Shown here: one piece after another, positions 1-8,588 of the stretch
How positions within the stretch are numbered: the first letter of the stretch is position 1
Layout: each line of letters starts with the position of its first letter
DNA from: Candidatus Methylomirabilis oxygeniifera
GTDB taxonomy: Bacteria > Methylomirabilota > Methylomirabilia > Methylomirabilales > Methylomirabilaceae
Direction: 5' to 3'
DNA length: 32,000 bases
NCBI GenBank assembly: GCA_000091165.1
Contig: FP565575.1
Span: 1,200,001 to 1,232,000, forward strand
Program-made: the position numbers and the translations under genes
Notes under the pieces: model-generated
The model's database searches: none
What the model saw: the letters and a program-made list of their open reading frames with translations, nothing else
Told to the model about the DNA's origin: nothing

Positions 1-450
1 CTCTACGCGGTATGGCAGCAGGTGGTTGAGATCGAACTTGAGGCGGACAACCGGGTTGGGAGTTTGCTGGAGTTGCATCGTCTCAACTCGCAAGATAGGG
101 GAATCTGATGGTAGAATGATAGTCTGGCTGATGGCGTCTCGAGCGTGGGGGAGATCGATGATAAGGCTCGGCGGCGTGTGCGCTGCGAACGAGGCATAAT
201 CAACCAATGCCCCATCGGCGGTCACAATAATCGACGCGCGGCCCGGTCCTTCTGCTCGGACCTGCACATCGGTAATATCGACGACTCTCGCCACAGAAGA
301 GACCCCCGGCAAGGATGGATCACTCAAGGACTGCTGCGATGTTCTGTTCGTCGATACGCCAGAAGTGGCGCAGGATGTGAAAAATACGAAGAGAACTGCG
401 CCGGCAAGCCGGCGCCTTCTTGAACTTGAGATGTGGTCGGGTCCGGTCAC
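1..450 (-). CDS. pilQ: Type IV pilus secretin PilQ, N-terminal 150 codons only (gene continues past window start)
   Basis: Absent from the ORF track because it is open at nt 1. My translation of the minus frame ending at nt 1 has no stop between 450 and 1. It starts at GTG 448-450, 3 nt after the pilP stop: MTGPDHISSSRRRRLAGAVLFVFFTSCATSG..., followed by an AMIN-like segment (VVDITDVQVRAEGPGRASIIVTADG...PSLIIDLPHARD...VVRLKFDL). It follows pilMNOP in the canonical order. Confidence 0.8.
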   Translation of the reverse strand, partial: MTGPDHISSSRRRRLAGAVLFVFFTSCATSGVSTNRTSQQSLSDPSLPGVSSVARVVDITDVQVRAEGPGRASIIVTADGALVDYASFAAHTPPSLIIDLPHARDAISQTIILPSDSPILRVETMQLQQTPNPVVRLKFDLNHLLPYRVE

Positions 451-452
451 TT

Positions 453-947
453 TTATCTCGATACGATCGGCGGCAAATGTTTTTCTACGTAACGAGTCAG
501 CAACTTACCCTCCGGACTCTTTGTTTGCACCTCAAACACGACGCTATCATTGGTAATCTTCACGACTTTGGCCGAATCAACTACATCGTTTTCGCGGATG
601 ACGTACCCCATACCTGGCGGCAGATCCGACTCCACCAACGCATAGAGGGAGCGGGCTTCCCGAACAATACCCTTTAGCGTGAGATGCACTGTCGGGGGCT
701 TTTCTGCCATCATCATCCGAGATGGTCGAAACGGATCGCGACGCCCTCTCGACTGATACATAGCAGGATCCCGCCTCTCATCCTGAAGCGCGGAAGCAAC
801 GGGACCTGCCTGCCTGGGCAGGCTCTGTCCAGGGAGCGGGGGCGTATCTCTGCCGCAGGCTATGGCCACCACAATAATCGAGATGACCACAACGGCAACG
901 GCTGCCTCGCGCAGGAATTTACTTTGTCGCGCTTGCCCCCTCACCAC
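453..947 (-). CDS. pilP: Type IV pilus assembly lipoprotein PilP
   Basis: ORF track, 164 aa. The start codon read from the DNA is GTG (945-947). The signal peptide ends in the lipobox-like AIAC. The C-terminal beta-rich part is PilP-like (LKGIV..YALVE..GYVIRENDVV..VKITNDSVVF). It sits between pilO and pilQ and overlaps the pilO 3' end by 29 nt. Confidence 0.75.
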   Translation of the reverse strand: MVRGQARQSKFLREAAVAVVVISIIVVAIACGRDTPPLPGQSLPRQAGPVASALQDERRDPAMYQSRGRRDPFRPSRMMMAEKPPTVHLTLKGIVREARSLYALVESDLPPGMGYVIRENDVVDSAKVVKITNDSVVFEVQTKSPEGKLLTRYVEKHLPPIVSR

Positions 948-1539
948 TCTTCGCCCCAGAAGCGCCTGTGTAGCTATAGGTTACCACGCTAAACTCAGCC
1001 TGGATGGTGTCTCCAGCCCTCCGCCCTTTTGTTGCCTCACGAACGGTGAGGTCAGCGACGTTGACAATCCGCTCCAACTGGCCAAATCGCTCAAAGAGAA
1101 GCCCGACGTCATGGTACGTTCCCGTTACCTTGAGTTGGATGGGAACTTCAGTGTAGAACTCCTTTGCCACAGGGGTCCCTGGCTTGAACAAGGTGACATC
1201 CAAATCCGTCTCCTGACCGAGGCCGGCAACTCGTTTCAATAACGCTGGAATCTCTTTTTCAGTCGGAAGCTGCTGGACTGTCCGCTGAAGCTGCGCCTCC
1301 AGAAGCTTGATCTCTTGTTCAAGGTGAGGCTTCCGGCCGGCGATCTGCCTGGTCTGTTCCACCTGCGCTCTCAATCGGAGCAATTCGGCTTGGGCTTCGC
1401 TCCGTGCGGCCCATTCCGCTCCGAGAACAAATTGCCAGTAGAGAATGACTGCCAGTGTACCGACGACGACACCGAGAGCGACCTTTTGCGTCAGCGGGAG
1501 ATTAGCCGTGTGAGCCGACAGGTCAAAAGAAGGCAGCAT
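919..1539 (-). CDS. pilO: Type IV pilus inner-membrane assembly protein PilO
   Basis: 206 aa with ATG at 1537-1539 and a strong SD (GGAAGGGGGAGGG) just upstream. It has one N-terminal TM helix (VALGVVVGTLAVILYWQFVL), then a coiled coil and a PilO-like C-terminal domain. Position is between pilN and pilP. Confidence 0.8.
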   Translation of the reverse strand: MLPSFDLSAHTANLPLTQKVALGVVVGTLAVILYWQFVLGAEWAARSEAQAELLRLRAQVEQTRQIAGRKPHLEQEIKLLEAQLQRTVQQLPTEKEIPALLKRVAGLGQETDLDVTLFKPGTPVAKEFYTEVPIQLKVTGTYHDVGLLFERFGQLERIVNVADLTVREATKGRRAGDTIQAEFSVVTYSYTGASGAKSGEGASATK

Positions 1540-1554
1540 CCCTCCCCCTTCCGT

Positions 1555-2097
1555 CTACGCTGACAAGATCGCAAGGATCTCGAATCGCTCGACCGGCTTG
1601 GTTTCATACAACTCAAGCTCAGAAAAGTTCAGTTCAACACTGCTAATGATCGGCTTGAGTCGCTGAAGCGCCAGCATTAATTCGGCAACAACAACGTGTG
1701 AGGAGGCATATCCCCGAATCACCAACCGTCCGGAGACCTTACTGATTCCGGTGAGCCATCCGCCCTCAGGTAATGCCTGGCTGATGCCGTCAAGTAAACG
1801 GACCGGACTATCCTGGCCGTCGGCCAAGCGCTGCACAAGCGCAAGGCGATCCTGAAGCTGTTTCTTATCGCGACTATACTGCTCAACCAATTGGACCGTC
1901 TGTTGGTTCCTGGTGATCTCGTCGATTGTCGCGACGATATCGGCCCGAAGTTGTGTGACGTCCCGCCTCACAACCAGCCAGTACCCCCACATCCCGCCGA
2001 CAGCCAGAATCATGGCAGCGATAATCGCCGCCTGAGGGACCTTGACCTGACCTTTTTTTCGACGCTTCTCACGCGGAAGAAGGTTGATCCTGATCAT
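1555..2097 (-). CDS. pilN: Type IV pilus assembly protein PilN
   Basis: 180 aa. The hallmark PilN N-terminus MIRINLLPREKRRKK is followed by a TM helix. Its ATG overlaps the pilM stop (ATGA, 2094-2097). Confidence 0.85.
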   Translation of the reverse strand: MIRINLLPREKRRKKGQVKVPQAAIIAAMILAVGGMWGYWLVVRRDVTQLRADIVATIDEITRNQQTVQLVEQYSRDKKQLQDRLALVQRLADGQDSPVRLLDGISQALPEGGWLTGISKVSGRLVIRGYASSHVVVAELMLALQRLKPIISSVELNFSELELYETKPVERFEILAILSA

Positions 2098-3167
2098 CCG
2101 GCTCCATCCTCCGCTTCGCGAAGCGCCAATCCCACGGCTACTGTCATCTGAGGCGCGATGCGGGCGAGATATTGGACGTCGAACTTTTTCGGATCAGCAC
2201 TGAGGTGTTGAAAAGGATTGGCAATCTCGACGGGCAGCTCAAGCGCATGTGAGAGGTAAGGGGCCAAGCCCGATAACAGCGTACACCCACCGCTCAATAC
2301 CATACGGTGAATCGTATCACGTTGGCTCGTCGAGTAATAAAAATCGAAGGAGCGTCGTATCTCTCCGGCTAACTCGCTATTGACCGTTTCGATCACAGGC
2401 TCGGCTTCCACGATGCTATGACCATCGACCAGCTCGCCCCTCTTTAACGCCTCGGCCTGTTCAAAACTTACGCCCATGCTTCTCTGTAGCGACTCGGTGT
2501 GCCGATTGCCGCCCAATGGACTATCTCTGGTAAAATCCGAGATACCACCGTAAAGAATATTGATAGTGGTAACGGCCGCTCCAACATTCACTAGGGCAAC
2601 GATCTCATCCGCCTGTGGTTGTTTGGGCATCGTGAAGGCGTTCTCGATGGCGAACGAGTCCACATCGACAACCGCAGCATTCAGTCCAGCCGCAGAAATG
2701 ACGGCGAGATAATCATTAAGAGTATCCTTCTTTACAGCCACCAGAAGCACATCCATCTCTAATTCGCCTGAACCGGCCTCTCGCAGGATCTGGAAGTCAA
2801 GGTTGACATCCTCGATAGAGTAGGGAATGTGCCGCTCAGCCTCCCATGCAATCCCTTCGCGGAGTTCCGCCGTCTTCATCGCGGGAACTTTAATCTTTTT
2901 AATAATGACCGAATGTCCGGACACGGAAAAGGCCACGTCTTTAAGGCTAATGCCGTGCTCGTCGAAGAGTTGCCGGATCGCCGTGCTGAGGGCCGTCGCA
3001 TCCATGATGATGCCGTCTATGATCGTTTCGGGATGGATAGGGACGATGCCAAGCTCGGCCACTTTATACGAACTTCGCAATGGTTGAAGATGCACGGCTT
3101 TGATAGAACTGGTCCCGATATCCAGTCCGACCAACTCCTTGTGAGGCGTCATCCATGAAAACATCAT
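2094..3167 (-). CDS. pilM: Type IV pilus assembly ATPase-fold protein PilM
   Basis: 357 aa with an actin/HSP70-like fold pattern (VGLDIGTSSIKAV, VDVDSFAIENAF, VLSGGC). It is the first gene of the pilMNOPQ order. Confidence 0.92.
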   Translation of the reverse strand: MMFSWMTPHKELVGLDIGTSSIKAVHLQPLRSSYKVAELGIVPIHPETIIDGIIMDATALSTAIRQLFDEHGISLKDVAFSVSGHSVIIKKIKVPAMKTAELREGIAWEAERHIPYSIEDVNLDFQILREAGSGELEMDVLLVAVKKDTLNDYLAVISAAGLNAAVVDVDSFAIENAFTMPKQPQADEIVALVNVGAAVTTINILYGGISDFTRDSPLGGNRHTESLQRSMGVSFEQAEALKRGELVDGHSIVEAEPVIETVNSELAGEIRRSFDFYYSTSQRDTIHRMVLSGGCTLLSGLAPYLSHALELPVEIANPFQHLSADPKKFDVQYLARIAPQMTVAVGLALREAEDGAG

Positions 3168-3387
3168 TGTTCCCTGTGTTCAGCCGTGATTCCTTATTGT
3201 CAGTTACTAGTATTGAGCTTGTACGACGTTACCATAAACTTGTCAAGCAAAATACATCACAGAAAAACCTTGGAAAGCGTAACGATTGACACGAACGGAA
3301 TCTTCTCAAGACAGCTTTGGGAATTCGAGGAGAAAGGCGAGGGCAGAACTTCGAAGAACGAGCCAATGGCTCCCGATAAGTCGCGGC

Positions 3388-4194
3388 TTATTTCCTGGTC
3401 GCCACTTTCAGTGAGGCTATGAAATCTCCGGCACGTTTCAATTGATCCGGCTGTCCGGCTGTCTGCTCCAGCAGTGACACAATCGCGCTCCCTACGATCA
3501 CCCCATCAGCCACCGTCGCCGCTGTCCGCACCTGTTCCGGCGTTGAGATACCGAACCCTACCGCAAGCGGCAGGTCAGTCTCGGCCCTGATCATTCGAAG
3601 GCTGGCCTCCAGATCGTCGCTGAGTCTGGAACGCACCCCTGTCACGCCCCGTAACGACACATAATAGATGAAGCCCTTCGAGGCGGCCGCGATCGTCCGC
3701 ACCCGTTCGGGTCGACTGGTCGGGGCGATCAGGAAGATCGTGTGAAGGTTGTGAGCGGTCGCCGCCTCGATTAACTCGGCCGCTTCCTCGGGCGGCAGAT
3801 CCGGAATGATCAGCCCATCGACCCCCGCTGCTGCGGCCTCTTCAGCAAATCGGCTAAACCCAAAGTGAAAGATCGGGTTCACATAGCTCATTAAGAGCAA
3901 CGGCAGTCGACATTCCGCTCGCAGATCGGCCACCATCTCAAGGATTTTTGTGAGCGTCGTACCGCCCTGGAGCGCGCGTTGCGACGCCCGCTGGATGGTC
4001 ACACCATCCGCCAAAGGATCCGAGAACGGCACACCGATCTCTATCAGATCTGCGCCTTGCTTTTCACACTCCAGAATCAGCGCCCGGGTAGTCAGGAGAT
4101 CGGGATCACCGGCCGTCAGATACGGCATCAGTGCCCGCTCGCCGGACTCCCTCAGCTTACGGAACCGCTCATCGATCCGGTTCTTCATGCTCAT
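3388..4194 (-). CDS. trpA: Tryptophan synthase alpha chain
   Basis: TrpA motifs are present: LMPYLTAGDP, EIGVPFSDPLADG, GFGIS. The ORF-track start (4215) is TTG. I prefer ATG 4192-4194 (or 4186-4188), which is preceded by GAGGTG. Confidence 0.93.
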   Translation of the reverse strand: MSMKNRIDERFRKLRESGERALMPYLTAGDPDLLTTRALILECEKQGADLIEIGVPFSDPLADGVTIQRASQRALQGGTTLTKILEMVADLRAECRLPLLLMSYVNPIFHFGFSRFAEEAAAAGVDGLIIPDLPPEEAAELIEAATAHNLHTIFLIAPTSRPERVRTIAAASKGFIYYVSLRGVTGVRSRLSDDLEASLRMIRAETDLPLAVGFGISTPEQVRTAATVADGVIVGSAIVSLLEQTAGQPDQLKRAGDFIASLKVATRK

Positions 4195-4230
4195 TGCACC
4201 TCGCTGTACGGGCAACTCGTCGGGTCGTCT

Positions 4231-5466
4231 CTACCCCGCGCACTCCAACAGCTTCGCGACAACCTCCACGTCTTTGTCACCTCGCCCTGAGAGATTCACT
4301 ACCACGATCTGATCCTTGCCCAGTGTCGGCGCCAGTTTCTTGACGTGGGCGATAGCATGTGCGCTCTCCAACGCTGGAATCAATCCCTCGAGCCGGCTCA
4401 GAAGCTGAAACGCCTCCAGCGCCTCCGCGTCGGTCGCCGAGACAAAATCGATCCGCCCGCGGTCACGGTAGTAACTGTGTTCCGGACCGACGCTCGGATA
4501 ATCGAGACCGGCTGAGACCGAGTGCGTCGGTCGGATCTGGCCATCGCTATCCTGCAGGATGAAGCTCAGCGTCCCGTGCAGGACGCCCAGCTCGCCCGTC
4601 GCAAATCGGGCTGCATGGCGACCGCTGTCGATGCCAAGGCCGGCCGCCTCTACTCCGACCATTCGCACAGTGGGCTCATTAAGAAAGTTATGGAACAGAC
4701 CGATCGAGTTGCTGCCGCCTCCGACGCAGGCTACCAGGTAATCCGGCAGTCGTCCCTCCAACTCCAGGATCTGGGTTCGAGTCTCCCGGCCAATGACCGA
4801 TTGAAAATCCCGAACCATCATCGGATACGGATGGGCCCCGAGAACTGAGCCTAGCACATAATGGGTCGTCTCGACGTTGGTGACCCAGTCACGCATCGCC
4901 TCATTGATGGCGTCCTTCAGCGTCCGGCTGCCGGACTCAACCGGAGTCACCTTGGCGCCGAGCAGCCGCATTCGGACGACGTTCAAGGCCTGCCGTCGCA
5001 TATCCTCTGTACCCATATAGACCTCGCAAGTCAGGCCGAAACGGGCGGCTACGGTGGCTGTGGCTACCCCATGCTGTCCGGCACCGGTCTCGGCGATGAC
5101 CCGGGACTTCCCCATGCGGCAGGCGAGCAAGATCTGGCCAAGGGTATTGTTGATCTTATGCGCCCCGGTATGGCACAGATCCTCACGTTTGAGATAGATC
5201 CGCGACCCGCCTAAATAGTCGGTCAGTCGCTGCGCAAAATAGAGAGGTGTGGGACGCCCCACATAATGCCGAAGATAGCCCTGAAGCTCCGGTTCAAAAT
5301 GTGGGTCGGCCTTCGCCTGGAGATAGACCGTCTCCAACTCAGCGAGTGCCGCCATCAGGGTTTCCGGAACGAACTTCCCTCCGTACCTGCCGAAGTGTCC
5401 GCACGCATCGGGAAGCGGACCCCGATCGGACGCCTCAGCGCGCGTCGGCTTTTCTGGCTTGCTCAA
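4231..5466 (-). CDS. trpB: Tryptophan synthase beta chain
   Basis: 411 aa with the PLP-lysine motif HTGAHKINN and GGGSNSIG. The only in-frame start is TTG (5464-5466), giving a 32-nt overlap with the trpF 3' end. Confidence 0.95.
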   Translation of the reverse strand: MSKPEKPTRAEASDRGPLPDACGHFGRYGGKFVPETLMAALAELETVYLQAKADPHFEPELQGYLRHYVGRPTPLYFAQRLTDYLGGSRIYLKREDLCHTGAHKINNTLGQILLACRMGKSRVIAETGAGQHGVATATVAARFGLTCEVYMGTEDMRRQALNVVRMRLLGAKVTPVESGSRTLKDAINEAMRDWVTNVETTHYVLGSVLGAHPYPMMVRDFQSVIGRETRTQILELEGRLPDYLVACVGGGSNSIGLFHNFLNEPTVRMVGVEAAGLGIDSGRHAARFATGELGVLHGTLSFILQDSDGQIRPTHSVSAGLDYPSVGPEHSYYRDRGRIDFVSATDAEALEAFQLLSRLEGLIPALESAHAIAHVKKLAPTLGKDQIVVVNLSGRGDKDVEVVAKLLECAG

Positions 5467-6058
5467 TGAACTCCCTCACCTTGTGATGATCTTTACGACC
5501 CGGAGAGGCTTCAACACCGCTGGAGACATCAAGCGCATACGGCCTGACCTGCGTGACCGCGAGCGCGACATTATCCGGCGTCAGCCCACCGGACAGGATA
5601 ATCCTGGTCTGTCGCGCCGCCTTGGCTGCAATCTCCCACGGGAAGGTCCGACCCGTCCCGCCCGGTTGACCGGCTACGTAGGTGTCCAGTACGAACGCTT
5701 TCGCCTGTGGATAGCTGTGCAGGGCCTCCAGATCGTCTTCACCCTGAACATGGATCGTTTTGATAAAAGGAGCACCGAGACGACAACACGCGTCCGGGCT
5801 CTCATGGCCATGGAGTTGCGCGAGGCTGAGACCGCATGTCCTTACGATCAGCTCGATCTCCTCAGGCGTCCGGTCGACAAACACCCCTACAGTGGCTACA
5901 AACGGCGGCATCCTGACGATAATGGCGGCCGCAGCCTCCGGCTCGACGTACCGAGGCGTCCCATTGACGAAGATGAAGCCAAGGGCATCGGCTCCCGCGT
6001 CCACCGCAGCCCGGGCATCTTCATGCGAAGTGATGCCGCAGATTTTGATCCGTATCAT
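5435..6058 (-). CDS. trpF: Phosphoribosylanthranilate isomerase
   Basis: 207 aa with the PRAI-like start [10 protein letters not shown] and a C-terminal LDVSSGVE. It sits between trpC and trpB. Confidence 0.9.
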   Translation of the reverse strand: MIRIKICGITSHEDARAAVDAGADALGFIFVNGTPRYVEPEAAAAIIVRMPPFVATVGVFVDRTPEEIELIVRTCGLSLAQLHGHESPDACCRLGAPFIKTIHVQGEDDLEALHSYPQAKAFVLDTYVAGQPGGTGRTFPWEIAAKAARQTRIILSGGLTPDNVALAVTQVRPYALDVSSGVEASPGRKDHHKVREFIEQARKADAR

Positions 6059-6071
6059 CGTTCGAATCCGC

Positions 6072-6875
6072 TCAGCAGTCGGCTCCCGCCAACAACTCGC
6101 GAAGCCTGCCCCCCGGATCCTGGCTCGTCAGCAACGCTTCACCGACCAGGATCGCGTCTACGCCGGCTTCGGACAGACGCCGGATATCCTCGGGCCGCCT
6201 GATACCGCTTTCACTGACGACCACGGCCTCTCGGGGAAGATGTGGCAACAGCGCGAACGTCGTTTCCAATCGGGTCTCTAACGTCGCCAGATCCCGATTA
6301 TTGATTCCGATAAGCGTGGCCCCTACGCCTTTCGCGCTTTCCAGCTCCTCCAGGGTGTGGATTTCGACCAGAGGGTGCAGGGACAGCGACCTGGCCAGCG
6401 CATAGAGGTCCTGTAATTCCGACGCCTCGAGGGCCGCCGCGATCAGCAAGATCGCGTCTACCCGACGCGCGCGGCTCTCATAAATCTGGTACGGGGTAAT
6501 GATGAACTCTTTCCTGAGCACGGGCAGATCGACTGCGCCTCGCGCTGTTGAGAGATCCTCAAGACTCCCTTTGAAGAACCGACTATTCGTCAGAACAGAG
6601 ATTGCGGCGGCGCCGGCCGCCTGATAGGACGCGGCGATCTCCGCTACGTCAAGCGGCTCGCGAATGATTCCCGCGGATGGCGACGCGCGTTTAATCTCGG
6701 CAATCGCCCTCAGCGGCCTGAGCGCTTCCGTCTCGCCCCACTTCCTTGACACGGCTGCCGTAAAATTGCGCACGGGCGGCGAGTCACACGCCTGCGCCCT
6801 CAGTTCCGCGAGCGGGACAGACCTCTGCCGCTCGGCGACCTCTTCGCGCTTGTGCGCTAAAATTCGACTGAGCAT
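6072..6875 (-). CDS. trpC: Indole-3-glycerol-phosphate synthase
   Basis: IGPS motifs are present: AIAEIKRASPSAG, LVEIH, GINNRDL. The ORF-track version (to 7046) adds 57 codons that overlap trpD and read through a palindromic repeat. The conserved N-terminus MLSRILAHKREEV starts at ATG 6873-6875. Confidence 0.9.
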   Translation of the reverse strand: MLSRILAHKREEVAERQRSVPLAELRAQACDSPPVRNFTAAVSRKWGETEALRPLRAIAEIKRASPSAGIIREPLDVAEIAASYQAAGAAAISVLTNSRFFKGSLEDLSTARGAVDLPVLRKEFIITPYQIYESRARRVDAILLIAAALEASELQDLYALARSLSLHPLVEIHTLEELESAKGVGATLIGINNRDLATLETRLETTFALLPHLPREAVVVSESGIRRPEDIRRLSEAGVDAILVGEALLTSQDPGGRLRELLAGADC

Positions 6876-6900
6876 CGTCGCGCTTTGCACCTCGGACCCA

Positions 6901-7998
6901 CTAAATCCCCCCTCGCCCCCCTTTATCAAAGGGGGGTTGGGGGGATTTGAAATGTTGCCGGCTGAACTCCACCAGCCGGCAGAGCTTTTCCATCGCGGCG
7001 CCGCCCGCAATCGAGCGAACCGCCAGCTTGACCCCCTCTTGAACATCGTTGGCCTTACCGCCGGCCACGATGGCGAGGGCGGCGTTCATCACGACCACGT
7101 CGCGTTTCGGCCCCTCTTCTCCACCCAGGATCCGCTTGATGATCTCCGCGTTCTCCTCGGCGCTGCCGCCCTGTAGGTCGCGACACGTTGCACGCGTGAG
7201 ACCGAAGTCCTCAGGCGAGACCATGTACGTGTCCACATGCCCGTCTTTGACCTCGGACACCCTGCTCTCCCCTGTCAGTGAAAGTTCATCAAGCCCGTCA
7301 AGGCCAAAGACAACAAACGCTCGCTTCGACCCCAGTTCATTCAACGCGCCCGCCAACAGTTCGGTGAGACGTTCCTCATACACCCCAACCACCTGAGCCG
7401 ATGCACCGGCAGGATTGGTCAGCGGGCCAAGGATATTGAAGACCGTTCGAATCCCGATCTCACGGCGTGCCGTCATGACGTGTTGCATGGCCGGGTGCAA
7501 CAGCGGCGCATACAGAAACCCGATCCCGACGTCGTCGATGCAATCCCCTATCTGCTCCGGCGTCAGCGCAAGGTTGACGCCCAGCGCCTCCATGACGTCG
7601 GCACTTCCGCATCGACTCGATACCGAGCGGTTGCCATGCTTAGCTACCTTGGTACCTGTTCCGGCCGTCACAAAGGCAGCCGCCGTCGAAATGTTAAAGG
7701 TCTGGCCGGCGTCGCCGCCTGTCCCGCAGGTATCGACCAATCTTGTAGCGTCAGTCCCGATGCCGGAAGCCTCGACTTGGCTGCGCACCCTGACCCGACA
7801 GACCTGCTCGCGCATCGCCCTGGCGAAGCTGGTAATCTCGGACGCCGTCTCGCCCTTACATCGAAGCGCCGTGAGAAATGCAGCGATCTGCGGGTCTGAC
7901 GCCTTTCCCGACATCATCTCTTCCATGGTCGCGAAGGCTTCTTCAGGATTGAGGTCTCTTCCCTCAACGACCCTCTGCAACGCCTCCAGGATCATCAT
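6901..7998 (-). CDS. trpD: Anthranilate phosphoribosyltransferase (C-terminal ~16 aa encoded by a palindromic repeat)
   Basis: 365 aa with TrpD motifs DTCGTGGDAGQTFNIST and KHGNRSVSS. The tail ...HFKSPQPPFDKGGRGGI is the translated repeat. Confidence 0.93.
   Translation of the reverse strand: MMILEALQRVVEGRDLNPEEAFATMEEMMSGKASDPQIAAFLTALRCKGETASEITSFARAMREQVCRVRVRSQVEASGIGTDATRLVDTCGTGGDAGQTFNISTAAAFVTAGTGTKVAKHGNRSVSSRCGSADVMEALGVNLALTPEQIGDCIDDVGIGFLYAPLLHPAMQHVMTARREIGIRTVFNILGPLTNPAGASAQVVGVYEERLTELLAGALNELGSKRAFVVFGLDGLDELSLTGESRVSEVKDGHVDTYMVSPEDFGLTRATCRDLQGGSAEENAEIIKRILGGEEGPKRDVVVMNAALAIVAGGKANDVQEGVKLAVRSIAGGAAMEKLCRLVEFSRQHFKSPQPPFDKGGRGGI
6903..6948. repeat. G/C-run palindromic (REP-like) element, copy 1
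   Basis: AAATCCCCCC (6903-6912) pairs perfectly with GGGGGGATTT (6939-6948). CCCCCCTTT (6916-6924) pairs perfectly with AAAGGGGGG (6928-6936), leaving a 3-nt loop. The element lies inside the last 16 codons of trpD. Confidence 0.75.
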
Positions 7999-8015
7999 CT
8001 GTCTTTGCTGTCGCT

Positions 8016-8582
8016 TCAGGGAAGGGAGAGGAAGTTTCTAAGCAGCCCCTTGCCTTCTTTCGTGAGGATCGATTCGGGGTGAAACTGAATCCCCTCAATT
8101 CGATACTCCTTGTGGCGAACCCCCATGATCTCCCCTTCTGCCGTCTCCGCGGAGATCTCCAGGCAATCCGGAAGTCCCTCCCGATCCACGAGGAGCGAAT
8201 GATAGCGCGTCGCCTCAAAGGGGTTCGGGAGCCCTGAGAAGATGGTCCGACCGTCATGGCGGATCGGAGACGTCTTGCCGTGCATCAAGCGGGCTGCCCT
8301 CACAATCCGGCCGCCGAACGCGGCGCCGATACACTGATGGCCGAGGCACACGCCAAGGATCGGGACCTGTCCGGCAAACTGTGTGATGATGCCGCAACTG
8401 ATGCCAGCTTCCTTCGGGGTCTTCGGTCCGGGAGAGATCACAATCCGGTCCGGCTGAATGGCTGCAAGCTCCTCCAGCGTGACTTGGTCATTTCGAAAGA
8501 CGCGGGGACATTCGCCCAGCTCGCCCAGGTACTGGACCAGATTATAGGTAAAGGAGTCATAGTTATCGATGACAACCAACAT
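8016..8582 (-). CDS. trpG: Anthranilate synthase component II (glutamine amidotransferase)
   Basis: 188 aa with class I GATase triad motifs GVCLGHQ and FHPES. It sits between trpE and trpD. Confidence 0.92.
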   Translation of the reverse strand: MLVVIDNYDSFTYNLVQYLGELGECPRVFRNDQVTLEELAAIQPDRIVISPGPKTPKEAGISCGIITQFAGQVPILGVCLGHQCIGAAFGGRIVRAARLMHGKTSPIRHDGRTIFSGLPNPFEATRYHSLLVDREGLPDCLEISAETAEGEIMGVRHKEYRIEGIQFHPESILTKEGKGLLRNFLSLP

Positions 8583-8588
8583 TGGAGC

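Noticed and set aside
3-215. 70-aa minus-strand ORF from the track (MGHWLIMPRSQRT...).
   Set aside because: It lies in a different frame from the open-ended pilQ frame (1-450), which has a signal peptide and an AMIN-like sequence and fits the pilMNOPQ order. The 70-aa ORF is Arg/Ser-rich, has no recognisable features, and is most likely an overlapping-frame artefact.
3168-3387. Sigma-54 (-24/-12) or sigma-70 promoter for pilM in the trpA-pilM gap.
   Set aside because: TGGCTCG-N4-TCGA (minus strand) lacks the essential -12 GC. TTGACA (3246-3241) has only TACAAG at 17-nt spacing, which lacks the conserved final T. Both are too weak to call.
5459-6202. 247-aa plus-strand ORF antisense to trpF/trpC (with the overlapping 173-aa ORF 5760..6281).
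   Set aside because: This is a shadow ORF opposite well-conserved genes in GC-rich DNA. Its composition is Arg/Pro-rich with no recognisable motifs.
6876-7046. 57-codon N-terminal extension of the trpC ORF, overlapping trpD by 146 nt.
   Set aside because: The extension is low-complexity (..SSAGWWSSAGNISNPPNPPLIKGGEGGF..) and reads through the palindromic repeat. The conserved IGPS N-terminus begins at ATG 6873-6875.
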